Shown here: one piece after another, positions 37,575 through 49,683 of the stretch
Position numbering within the stretch: the first letter of the stretch is position 1
How the letters are laid out: each line of letters opens with the position of its first letter
DNA from: Mobula hypostoma
Taxonomy: Eukaryota
Assembly: GCF_963921235.1 (NCBI RefSeq)
Contig: NC_086097.1
Coordinates: forward strand, 42,720,001-42,784,000
Length of the DNA: 64,000 bases
Direction: 5' to 3'
The notes under the pieces: generated by a model
What the model saw: the letters and a program-made list of their open reading frames with translations, nothing else
Database searches by the model: none
What the model was told of the DNA's origin: nothing
Program-made: the position numbers and the translations under genes

Positions 37575-38430
37575 AAACACAAGTAAATCTGCAGATGCTG
37601 GAAATCTAAAGCAACACACGCACAAAATACAGGAGGAACTCAGCAAGTCAGGCAGAATTTATGGAAACGAATACACAGTCGACGTTTCGAGCCGAGACTC
37701 TATTTCAGGGCTGAGAAGGAAGGGGGAAGATGCCAGAATTAAAGGGCGGGGGAGGGGAAGGAGACTAGCTGGAAGGTCATAGGTAAAACCAGGTGGGTGG
37801 GAAAGTTTATGGGATGGAGAAGAAGGAATCTGATAGGAGAGGAGAGTGGACCATAGGAGAAAGGGAAGTGGGGGGGGGCAGGGGGAAGTATCAGGCAGGT
37901 GAGAAGAGATAAAAGGTCAGCATGTGGAATGGTTGGGGGGTGGGGGGGGGAATTTGTTTACTGGGAGGAGAAGTCGATATTTATGCCATCCAGACAGAAT
38001 ATAAGGCTACACCAGTCAGAATGTAGGGAATTGTTCCTCCACCCTGAGAGTGGGCACATCTTGACACAAGAGGAAGCTGTGGACCAACGTGTTGGAAAGG
38101 GAGCTGGAATTAAACTGTTTGGCCAGTGGGAAGTTCCTCTTTTGCAGACGGTGCAGTGTTCAACGAAGTGGTCCCCCAATTTACGACAGGTCTCACCAAA
38201 GTAGAGGAGGCCGCATCAGGAGTACCAGACACAATGGACAATGTCAGAAGATCTGCAGGCGAAGTGTTGCCTCACCTGTAAGGACTGCCTGAGGCCCTGA
38301 ATGGAGGTGAGGAGGAGGAGGATGGGGTATGGGCAGGTGTAGCACTCAGGACACTTGCAGGTTTAAGTGTCGGGAGGAAGATTAATGAAGAGGGATAAAT
38401 GGACAAGGGAATTGCAGAGGAGCATATCCC
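37575..38430 (-). mobile_element. Penelope-like element 3' fragment (GIY-YIG endonuclease plus terminal repeat)
   Basis: Minus strand CGLLYFGETCRKLGDHFVEH...DGINIDFS, followed by a C/T-rich UTR and the hammerhead-bearing terminal repeat (core degenerate here). Confidence 0.85.
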
Positions 38431-38933
38431 TGTGAAAAGCTTGATACTATTGTCAGCATGTCTGATTGCTAATCCTGCTATCATGAAACATTGAGGAAAT
38501 CAATGGCATTGTGTCCATTGGTAAAAAGGGCCCTTGACTTTGATGGACATCAGGAACGAAATAAGCCTGAGAATAGTTGAAGTGAGTAAAGATTTTCTTA
38601 TGGAGGGAGTTGTGTCTGCAGATTTATGTAAAAATCTGGCAAATGCTTTGACTCATCTGTTAACAGCTATAAAGATTAGAACGTAAGACTAGAACATTTC
38701 ACGTTCTCACGTAAACAGCATCATAATTATTCTCTGAAAATATGAACACCAAAAAAATGCTGAAAAGTCCCATGTAGCAACTGTAATAATGTGACATGGC
38801 TCTCCTGAAACTTATTAAACCGATCACCCATTTTTGAACCTCCGAGTTGGTGAGTCTTACACCTTTGCTCTTCATTTGGTTTGGAACTATTAACAAACGT
38901 TATCACTGCATTAACTCTGATTTCCCTTATGTA

Positions 38934-39567
38934 TGTAATGCCCTGGTTCATTTTTTTTATTGTTATACTGTGCATATTTCATTTTGTGCTATCCAGTGTG
39001 AGCTGCTTGTTTTCTGCTTACGTTTGGGTTATCGTTGAAGATAAGAGATGAGGAGTCTTGTCTGCCATCCAGTTAGGATGGTCAAATTGAAGGGAAGGTT
39101 TCTGTGGTGAGGGACACTAAGGTTGGGCTTGGAGTTTTTATTTGTGTGGTTTGAGGGGGATGGAGAGAGAAGATGCCGGAGAGAAGAGGTCGTAGGATTC
39201 GACCCGGAGCAGGACCGTAGTTCGACGAAGCCCAAGGTGAGATCAGTTGAGAATTGGTGACTTGGGGAAACTGTGAGCTCCAACTTGTGCACATTAGACT
39301 GTTTCATTAAACTGGGCCCTTCTCCTTTTTTGTTCTTTTCTTCACTAACCCTTTAGTCAAATTAAGAATTATAAAGCTAAATCGTTTAATTGCATGTAGT
39401 GTACTATCTGTTATTTCGAGGCACTCATTTGTAACAGGGTAATGAATTACACAGCATCCACACAAACAGGGGTTTTGGGATGAGCTCACGCCTCAATTTC
39501 ACATGTTTGGTGGGGCCAGAGGCCGTCTTCCCTAGACTCATGCAGCCGAGGAAACCAGAGTGTTTCA
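38934..39567 (+). mobile_element. Solo LTR-like element
   Basis: TGTAAT...TTTCA ends; shares CATTAGACTGTTTCATTAAA..GGCCCTT and GGGCCAGAGGC.GTCTTCCCTAGAC blocks with 2910-5050; no clean TSD. Confidence 0.65.
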
Positions 39568-40719
39568 TCTGTTTCCTTCTGTCATCAGCAATTACACATT
39601 AAAATACAAAAAAAACCTGGGAATATTTAACAGCAATGAAATCATATTGTTTATTTTATTAGGAATAGAATCAGTACACTACATGATACCATACAGCACA
39701 GAAGGAGGCCAAGCAGACCGTGGTGTCTGTGTAGCCAATCCATCCAGCACCCTTTCACTTTTGGTACTCCTTCTGTCAAATACTTATCCAATCATCTTCT
39801 GCACTGGAGTCATAAACTAGGAGTGTTGGTGCATGGATTTGGAAAAAAATACCAAATTCCTTGATCTGCTCATTATAAATAATTGCATTACAGGATGTAT
39901 TTCTTGAATAAACTACAATGTCACTATAAAACCAGAAGGCAACTATTTCACGACCAGAATAAGAATCAGGTTTAATATCACTGACCTAGGTTATGAAAAT
40001 TTATCATTTTGTGGCAGCAATACAGTGAAGTACATAAAAATTACTACAAACGTATAAATTAAAAAAGAAATGGTTTAAAAATTAAGCATGCAGTGTAAAA
40101 AAAACTGAGGTAGTGTTCATGGGATGGTTCATTATCTGTTCAGAAATTTGATGGCTGAGGGGAAGAAGCTGTTCCTAAAACGTTGAGTGTGTGTCTTCAG
40201 GCCCTGTACCTCCTCCTTGCTGGTAGTAATGAGAAGAGGGTATGTTTGAATGAATCATGTGGGTCACATTGACTTTAGTTTCAGTGGACCCAAATTCCTT
40301 GAATTTTTAAAAACAAACATTCTTTTGTTTACAAGCAACTATTTTAGGGTCCATTGTGACATTACGATCAATAGGACAGTAGCAATCCAATGCTTGATCC
40401 TCTGGCAAGATGGTACAATATTTCCTAATGTATTCACGCTCTGCTGTACTGCAAGGAGGGACAGGAGTGGTTTTTAAAGGGTTGTATGAGCGAAGTAAGG
40501 ACCATCTTCAGTTCACTTGTGAGAGGAGAAAGGAGTGATTTAAAAAGGACTTGAGCTGTAGTGAGGAAACCATTTCAAGGGAGGCTGTGCTTCGAGGGTC
40601 AAAGTGCTGAGCCCAAGGATCACCAGCAGAGGCTTTGACAGAAAGACTGAAAGTAACGGAATAGATTTACTCAAGCTAGGGTCTTCCTTTCATTTTATTT
40701 AGCTCAGTATTTGATTCAA

Positions 40720-41240
40720 GGGTAAAAATGGCAGCTAGTGGAGTGGTATGCTCCTTCTGTGAACTGTGTTACATCAGGGAGGGGTTAAATGTATTTACAT
40801 TTGCTGGAAATCTGTCCAGATGCAGCTCCTTTCGGACCAGATGGATTGGTTGGAGCAGCAGCTGGAATCAAACAGGACACAGAAAGAACCAGAGGTAGTA
40901 GTTTCATGGAGGTTCAGCCACGTAGATAGGTGACTGCTAGAACAGGAAGAGTGCAGGCTGTGCAGGAGTCCTCTGTGTCTACCGCCCTCTCTGACAAGTA
41001 TACCATTTTGGATAGTATTAGGGTTGGCGGGGTGGGATGACCTCTCAGGAAAGCAGCAGAAGCCCGATCAGTGCCATGGCAACAGGCCCTGCTGTGCACT
41101 TGGGAAGGTTAAAGAGAAGATGAGCAGTAGATTAGCAGTTGCCATGGTAACTGGCCTTGCTGTGCACCCGGGAAGGTCAAAGAGCAGATAAGCAGCAGTG
41201 ATAGGGGACTCAATTGCCAGGAGTCAGGGAGGCATTTCTG
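40720..41240 (+). mobile_element. Degenerate CR1 ORF1 fragment (zinc finger/esterase)
   Basis: MAASGVVCSFCELC start and AAVIGDSIAR (GDSL-like) remnant. Confidence 0.6.
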
Positions 41241-42149
41241 TTTATCTGCCACTCAAACTCATTTGTTTTCTTCAGCACTCAGTGAGGCAATACTTAATTT
41301 TTTGTTTTCAAATTTATTTGTAGCTTCTCCCTTTCTAACCTCTGTAACTTCCTCCTGTTCATTTCAGATATCCATACTCAACCCATTCTGGCCTCTTGCA
41401 CATCTCTGATTAAAATTATTTCACTACTGATAGCGATGCTGACATACTATCTTGCAGAATTCCATAAATTCTTTATGTCCTTTGAGACACACCTTATTAC
41501 TGCAATATTGTGACTTGGAGTCAAACCATGTTTGATACTGTATAGCCCTTCTGCATTGCTCCATTGAAGATGCTGGCTATTTCTTACAGTCTCAACACAC
41601 ACCACTCCTTGCCACCACACTGAAGTCCCAATGGAGTCTGACAGTACATTTGAGTCGTAATTACAACACGGTGTAGATCTCATCAAGATGTAATAAAGAC
41701 CATTGGCCAGCCCTTGTGCATGCAGTGATGATATCAATCTTAAAGCACACTCCCCAACTCTCTGCAGTTCTGACAGGGGCAGCATCAGCACGAAGCACGT
41801 TAAATCTCAGAACTGAGCTAATAATAACGGACAACTTCTCTGAACGGGTTCAGCTTTTTTTTTATCATTACTGATATTTACCTGCCATTGGATTAGATTT
41901 GCAGTGAGGAGAAAAGCAGTATATTAAGTCTGTATGTCCTCAAACATGCTCCAAGGCTGCAAAAGCAGGAATGAATTACTGCTACCCACTGAAAGGGTGG
42001 AGGGGGATGCTCTAATTGACATACATTTGAAGTTAAGTAAGATATGAAACTGGGACACAGACACAAAGTAGAGACTGTGCTTCCCAGTCACTTCATCTGC
42101 AGTCCGTTTTCTGAATCTTTGGTAATACTGTCCAACTTTATTTCTAAGT

Positions 42150-42660
42150 CCCATATTCCTTCTTGGTAATCTCCAACCTGACCGCATCTACATTGATTTG
42201 TCTAGCTTCCGATAGCTATTCCCCTCCTGTTTTCCCTTATCCCTGTTACCACATCCCCCCCACCCTCCCAGCCTGCTCGTCACTCTCACCTTCCATCCTC
42301 TAGCCCTTCACCTCCTTCCCTTTATGCCACTGTCTTATGTCCTCTCCTATCAAAGTCCTTCTTCTTCAGCCCTTTGCCTTCCCCATCTATTATCTCCCAG
42401 CATCTCATACCATTCCCTTTTCTCCAACCCACCCTCCTGCCTTCCCCCTCTCACCTGGATTCATCTTTCCCTTGTTTCTGCTCCTCCCCCTATTCCTACC
42501 CATTTATGCTGGCTTCTTCCCCCCTCCTTTCCCATCCTGCTGAATGGTCTTGGCCTGAAATGTCAACTGTTCACCTTCCTCCATGGACATCTGACCTGTT
42601 GTGTTCCTTCAGCATTTAATGTGTGCTAATCCAGATTTCCAGCATCTGCAGAATCTCATG
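42150..42660 (+). mobile_element. Penelope-like element 3' end
   Basis: IFLLGNLQPDRIYIDLSSF*, C/T-rich UTR, degenerate hammerhead repeat, TTTCCAGCATCTGCAGA end. Confidence 0.75.
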
Positions 42661-42852
42661 AACTCCATTGCCCAATTATTTTCCCCACATCCCCATCAAC
42701 TTTCTGTCCCCCTCCCCGAGTCCACCTCCCACCTACACTAGGTTACAGTGGCCAATTACCTACCCACTCCCATGCCTTTGACATGTGGGAGGAATCATAA
42801 CACAATGTACACTGTACAGCAGTATACTCTTTACCAGAGTTACAGCACACAA

Positions 42853-42853
42853 G

Positions 42854-42888
<35 letters not shown>
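42853..42888. repeat. (GC)n(AC)n microsatellite
   Basis: Read directly from the sequence. Confidence 0.9.
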
Positions 42889-42893
<5 letters not shown>

Positions 42894-44051
42894 GCATATT
42901 GACACAGGTCCCTTCACACACCAGAAGACAGCTGAGAGCCCTGTGTGGTGTACAGAAAATACCAAAGCACATACTCCACACCAGGGCATATACAGTATGG
43001 GCCAGAACACAACAGACACCACGTTGTATTAAATTTAATACTAGGTGTCTAACATATGCAGTACAACTCAGCAAGCAAGAAATCTTAGTGACGGTGAAGA
43101 TATACAGTCATCAGATCAATTATGACACCAAGCCTGTAAATCTTACAAGATGTTCTTGCCAAATTGATCCTTTCCCTGCAAGCTGACAGTACAAAAATTC
43201 CAAATATTGAAATAAATTCTAGCAAAACACCGTGGGCTGCATAAATTATCACATGATCCCTGGGCCTTAAGAGTTTAATGGAATAAAATCAAGGTTGCCA
43301 ATGGCAACCTATCCAATCAAAGTTTTATTGTTTTACTACTTGATACTCCTGATAATTCCTCTATTACTGTTTAAATTAATATTTTTTTCGATTATTGATT
43401 TAATAGATCATTGTTGCTGACACCTCTGTGCCTCTTGCAGGGAAATGGACCAGTTTCCAGTGCACACAGGAAACAATAATAACAGACACCTTTATTAGAA
43501 GTAATCACTGACACTATCCTGTTCACTTTTTTTCAGATTTATATCCTAGAATTAATACTAATCTCTTTTATGTCAGAAGACTTTTGAAAACAGCAGTATT
43601 TCAGGAAGATAGTGAGAGAGAATTTGAAATGCTACCACGCTAACTCAGACTGCAGAAAGGTCAATAGATTCACTGAGCAAATCTCACTGGGACAAAGCCC
43701 TCAGTTTTGAAGAAAGGATCAAACAGTACACAAGCATCGATGATTTGAAATGCGAGAAACTTCGCTGAGATACCCTTCGATCCAGGGTCTTGCTGATATG
43801 AGGCACTAAGCACTGATTGAAAGTTGCAGATCAGCTGCTATAAGGTTCAGCCTTTGATCTGATATTGATGTCAGTCTTTGTGCAGAGTCAGGCCTTAACT
43901 TATTTAGATATCGTTCAATATTCTGTACAATTACCACATTTTGATTGAGACTTACGTTAGGCTGGAATTTGAACACTGCATTTAATACGTTATATCTTTT
44001 TTTCATTGTGTTCTCTAACTCTCTAACCAATGCTTTACCTCACCTGCAGTT

Positions 44052-44376
44052 ACAGAGTCACAGAGAAGTACAGCACAGAAACCGGCCCCTCAGCCCACCC
44101 AGTCTACGGTGAAAGTATTTAAACTGCCTACTCCTATTGATCTGAACCAGGACCATAGTCCTCCGTACCCCTGCTATCCAGGCACCTATCCAAACTTCTC
44201 TTAAATGTTGAAATCGAGCTCGTATGCACCACTTACGCTGGCAGCTCATTCCCTCTGAGTGAAGATGTTTCCCTTCATATTCCCCTTAAACTTTTCACCT
44301 TTCATCCATAACCTACGACTTCTGGGTGTAGTCCCACCCAACCTCAGTGGAAAAACCCTGCTTGCAGTTACCCTTC
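44052..44376 (-). mobile_element. CR1 LINE 3' end, cut by the satellite array
   Basis: CR1-type 3'UTR (reverse complement GGGCTGAGGGGCCGGTTTCTGTGCTGTAC) and KQGFSTEVG..TQKS ORF2 remnant; stops abruptly at the first monomer. Confidence 0.75.
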
Positions 44377-47300
44377 TGGAAACACCTTAGGTTAACTTCC
44401 CACATGATTCTGAGATGTCTGAAAGTGGTTTCATGCCACTGCAGTGTAAGACAAAAAAGTTGATTTCTCAGTGCATACAAACCTTTGACAATGCAACTGG
44501 TATACATTTCAATTTTACACCAAAGTACTTACAGCAAACCAAATGGAAACACCTTAGGTTAAGTTCCCACATGATTCTGAGATGTCTGAAAGTGGTTTCA
44601 TGCCACTGCAGTGTAAGACAAAAAAGTTGATTTCTCAGTGCATACAAACCTTTGACAATGCAACTGGTATACATTTCAATTTTACACCAAAGTACTTACA
44701 GCAAACTAAATGGAAACACCTTAGGTTAACTTTCCACATGATTCTGAGATGTCTGAAAGTGGTTTCATGCCACTGCAGTGTAAGACAAAAAAGTTGATTT
44801 CTCAGTGCATACAAACGTTTGACAATGCAAGTGGTATACATTTCAATTTTACACCAAAGTACTTACAGCAAACCAAATGGAAACACCTTAGGTTAACTTC
44901 CCACATGATTCTGAGATGTCTGAAAGTGGTTTCATGCCACTGCAGTGTATGACAAAAAAGTTGTTTTCTCAGTGCATGCACTGCTTTGACAGTACAAGTA
45001 GTATACATTTCAATTTTACACCAAAGTACTTACTGCAAACCTAATGGAAACACCTTAGGTTAAGTTCCCACATGATTCTGAGATGTCTGAAAGTGGTTTC
45101 ATGCCACTGCAGTGTAAGACAAAAAAGTTGATTTCTCAGTGCATACACACCTTTGACAATGCAACTGGTATACATATCAATTTTACACCAAAGTACTTAA
45201 GCAAACCAAATGGAAACACCTTAGGTTAACTTCCCACATGATTCTGAGATGTCTGAAAGTGGTTTCATGCCACTGCAGTGTAAGACAAAAAAGTTGATTT
45301 CTCAGTGCATTCAAACGTTTGACAATGCAAGTGGTATACATTTAAATTTTACACCAAAGTACTTACAGCAAACCAAATGGAAACACCTTAGGTTAACTTC
45401 CCACATGATTCTGAGATGTCTGAAAGTGGTTTCATGCCACTGCAGTGTAAGACAAAAAAGTTGTTTTCTCAGTGCATGCACTGCTTTGACAGTACAAGTA
45501 GTATACATTTCAATTTTACACCAAAGAACTTACTTCAAACCTAATGGAAACACCTTAGGTTAACTTCCAACATGATTCTGAGATGTCTGAAAGTGGTTTC
45601 ATGCCACTGCAGTGTAAGACAAAAAAGTTGATTTCTCATTGCATACAAACCTTTGACAGTGCAACTGGTATACATTTCAATTTTACACCAAAGTACTTAC
45701 TGCAAACCTAATGGAAACACCTTAGGTTAAGTTCCCACATGATTCTGAGATGTCTGAAAGTGGTTTCATGCCACTGCAGTGTAAGACAAAAAAGTTGTTT
45801 TCTCAGTGCATGCACTGCTTTGACAGTACAAGTAGTATACATTTCAATTTTACACCAAAGTACTTACTGCAAACCTAATGGAAACACCTTAGGTTAAGTT
45901 CCCACATGATTCTGAGATGTCTGAAAGTGGTTTCATGCCACTGCATTGTAAGAGAAAAAAGTTGATTTCTCAGTGCATACAAACCTTTGACAATGCAACT
46001 GGTATACATTTCAATTTTACACCAAAGTACTTACAGCAAACCAAATGGAAACACCTTAGGTTAACTTCCCACATGATTCTGAGATGTCTGAAAGTGGTTT
46101 CATGCCACTGCAGTGTAAGACAAAAAAGTTGATTTCTCAGTGCATACAAACGTTTGACAATGCAAGTGGTATACATTTCAATTTTACACCAAAGTACTTA
46201 CAGCAAACCAAATGGAAACACCTTAGGTTAACTTCCCACATGGTTCTGAGATGTCTGAAAGTGGTTTCATGCCACTGCAGTGTAAGACAAAAAAGTTGAT
46301 TTCTCAGTGCATTCAAACGTTTGACAATGCAAGTGGTATACATTTAAATTTTACACCAAAGTACTTACAGCAAACCAAATGGAAACACCTTAGGTTAACT
46401 TCCCACATGATTCTGAGATGTCTGAAAGTGGTTTCATGCCACTGCAGTGTAAGACAAAAAAGTTGTTTTCTCAGTGCATGCACTGCTTTGACAGTACAAG
46501 TAGTATACATTTCAATTTTACACCAAAGTACTTACTGCAAACCTAATGGAAACACCTTAGGTTAACTTCCCACATGATTCTGAGATGTCTGAAAGTGGTT
46601 TCATGCCACTGCAGTGTAAGACAAAAAAGTTGATTTCTCAGGACATACAAACCTTTGACAGTGCAACTGGTATACATTTCAATTTTACACCAAAGTACTT
46701 ACTGCAAACCTGATGGAAACACCTTAGGTTAAGTTCCCACATGATTCTCAGATTTCTGAAAGTGGTTTCATGCCACTGCAGTGTAAGACAAAAAAGTTGA
46801 TTTCTCAGTGCATACAAACCTTTGACAATGCAACTGGTATACATTTCAATTTTACACCAAAGTACTTACAGCAAACCAAATGGAAACACCTTAGGTTAAC
46901 TTCCCACATGATTCTGAGATGTCTGAAAGTGGTTTCATGCCACTGCAGTGTAAGACAAAAAAGTTGATTTCTCAGGACATACAAACCTTTGACAGTGCAA
47001 CTGGTATACATTTCAATTTTACACCAAAGTACTTACTGCAAACCTAATGGAAACACCTTAGGTTAAGTTCCCACATGATTCTGAGATGTCTGAAAGTGGT
47101 TTCATGCCACTGCAGTGTAAGACAAAAAAGTTGATTTCTCAGTGCATACAAACCTTTGACAATGCAAGTGGTATACATTTCAATTTTACACCAAAGTACT
47201 TACAGCAAACCAAATGGAAACACCTTAGGTTAACTTCCCACATGATTCTGAGATGTCTGAAAGTGGTTTCATGCCACTGCAGTGTAAGACAAAAAAGTTG

Positions 47301-49483
47301 ATTTCTCAGTGCATACAAACGTTTGACAATGCAAGTGGTATACATTTCAATTTTACACCAAAGTACTTACTGCAAACCTGATGGAAACACCTTAGGTTAA
47401 CTTCCCACATGATTCTGAGATGTCTGAAAGTGCTTTCATGCCACTGCAGTGTATGACAAAAAAGTTGATTTCTCAGTGCATACAAACCTTTGACAATGCA
47501 ACTGGTATACATTTCAATTTTACACCAAAGTACTTACAGCAAACCAAATGGAAACACCTTAGGTTAACTTCCCACATGATTCTGAGATGTCTGAAAGTGG
47601 TTTCATGCCACTGCAGTGTAAGACAAAAAAGTTGATTTCTCAGGACATACAAACCTTTGACAGTGCAACTGGTATACATTTCAATTTTACACCAAAGTAC
47701 TTACTGCAAACCTAACGGAAACACCTTAGGTTAAGTTCCCACATGATTCTGAGATGTCTGAAAGTGGTTTCATGCCACTGCAGTGTAAGACAAAAAAGTT
47801 GATTTCTCAGTGCATACAAACCTTTGACAATGCAAGTGGTATACATTTCAATTTTACACCAAAGTACTTACAGCAAACCAAATGGAAACACCTTAGGTTA
47901 ACTTCCCACATGATTCTGAGATGTCTGAAAGTGGTTTCATGCCACTGCAGTGTAAGACAAAAGAGTTGATTTCTCAGGGCATACAAACGTTTGACAATGC
48001 AAGTGGTATACATTTCAATTTTACACCAAAGTACTTACAGCAAACCAAATGGAAACACCTTAGGTTAACTTCCCACATGATTCTGAGATGTCTGAAAGTG
48101 CTTTCATGCCACTGCAGTGTATGACAAAAAAGTTGTTTTCTCAGTGCATGCACTGCTTTGACAGTACAAGTAGTATACATTTCAATTTTACACCAAAGTA
48201 CTTACTGCAAACCTAATGGAAACACCTTAGGTTAAGTTCCCACATGATTCTGAGATGTCTGAAAGTGGTTTCATGCCACTGCAGTGTAAGACAAAAAAGT
48301 TGATTTCTCAGTGCATACAAACCTTTGACAATGCAACTGGTATACATTTCAATTTTACACCAAAGTACTTACAGCAAACTAAATGGAAACACCTTAGGTT
48401 AACTTTCCACATGATTCTGAGATGTCTGAAAGTGGTTTCATGCCACTGCAGTGTAAGACAAAAAAGTTGATTTCTCAGTGCATACAAACGTTTGACAATG
48501 CAAGTGGTATACATTTCAATTTTACACCAAAGTACTTACAGCAAACCAAATGGAAACACCTTAGGTTAACTTCCCACATGATTCTGAGATGTCTGAAAGT
48601 GGTTTCATGCCACTGCAGTGTAAGACAAAAAAGTTGATTTCTCAGTGCATACAAACGTTTGACAATGCAAGTGGTATACATTTCAATTTTACACCAAAGT
48701 ACTTACAGCAAACCAAATGGAAACACCTTAGGTTAACTTCCCACATGATTCTGAGATGTCTGAAAGTGGTTTCATGCCACTGCAGTGTATGACAAAAAAG
48801 TTGTTTTCTCAGTGCATGCACTGCTTTGACAGTACAAGTAGTATACATTTCAATTTTACACCAAAGTACTTACTGCAAACCTAATGGAAACACCTTAGGT
48901 TAAGTTCCCACATGATTCTGAGATGTCTGAAAGTGGTTTCATGCCACTGCAGTGTAAGACAAAAAAGTTGATTTCTCAGTGCATACACACCTTTGACAAT
49001 GCAACTGGTATACATATCAATTTTACACCAAAGTACTTAAGCAAACCAAATGGAAACACCTTAGGTTAACTTCCCACATGATTCTGAGATGTCTGAAAGT
49101 GGTTTCATGCCACTGCAGTGTAAGACAAAAAAGTTGATTTCTCAGTGCATACAAACGTTTGACAATCCAAGTGGTATACATTTCAATATTACACCAAAGT
49201 ACTTACAGGAAACCAAATGGAAACACCTAAGGTTAACTTCCCACATGATTCTGAGATGTCTGAAAGTGGTTTCATGCCACTGCAGTGTAACACAAAAAAG
49301 TTGTTTTCGAAGTGCATGCACTGCTTTGACAGTACAAGTAGTATACATTTCAATTTTACACCAAAGTACTTACTGCAAACCTAATGGAAACACCTTAGGT
49401 TAACTTCCCACATGATTCTGAGATGTCTGAAAGTGGTTTCATGCCACTGCAGTGTAAGACAAAAAAGTTGATTTCTCAGGACA
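44377..49483. repeat. 167-bp tandem satellite array, about 30.6 monomers, open at the gap
   Basis: Unit TGGAAACACCTTAGGTTAACTTCCCACATGATTCTGAGATGTCTGAAAGTGGTTTCATGCCACTGCAGTGTAAGACAAAAAAGTTGATTTCTCAGTGCATACAAACCTTTGACAATGCAACTGGTATACATTTCAATTTTACACCAAAGTACTTACAGCAAACCAAA; ORF starts spaced 167 bp; two 166-bp units. Confidence 0.99.
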
Positions 49484-49683
49484 NNNNNNNNNNNNNNNNN
49501 NNNNNNNNNNNNNNNNNNNNNNNNNNNNNNNNNNNNNNNNNNNNNNNNNNNNNNNNNNNNNNNNNNNNNNNNNNNNNNNNNNNNNNNNNNNNNNNNNNNN
49601 NNNNNNNNNNNNNNNNNNNNNNNNNNNNNNNNNNNNNNNNNNNNNNNNNNNNNNNNNNNNNNNNNNNNNNNNNNNNNNNNNNN
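49484..49683. other. Assembly gap (exactly 200 N)
   Basis: Round-number N run typical of an unsized scaffold join. Confidence 0.99.

Noticed and set aside
42324..43186. Pro/Ser-rich and HT/CV-repeat ORFs
   Set aside because: Translations of a C/T-rich Penelope UTR and an (AC)n microsatellite.
44377..49483. CRISPR-like array, RSS array, CENP-B boxes or tandem exon cassettes in the satellite
   Set aside because: No unique spacers. CACTGCA...ACAAAAAAG has a 7-bp spacer, not 12 or 23. TGGAAAC lacks the TTCG/CGGG CENP-B core. The minus-strand CAG...GTAAGT pseudo-exon is 73 nt and not frame-preserving.
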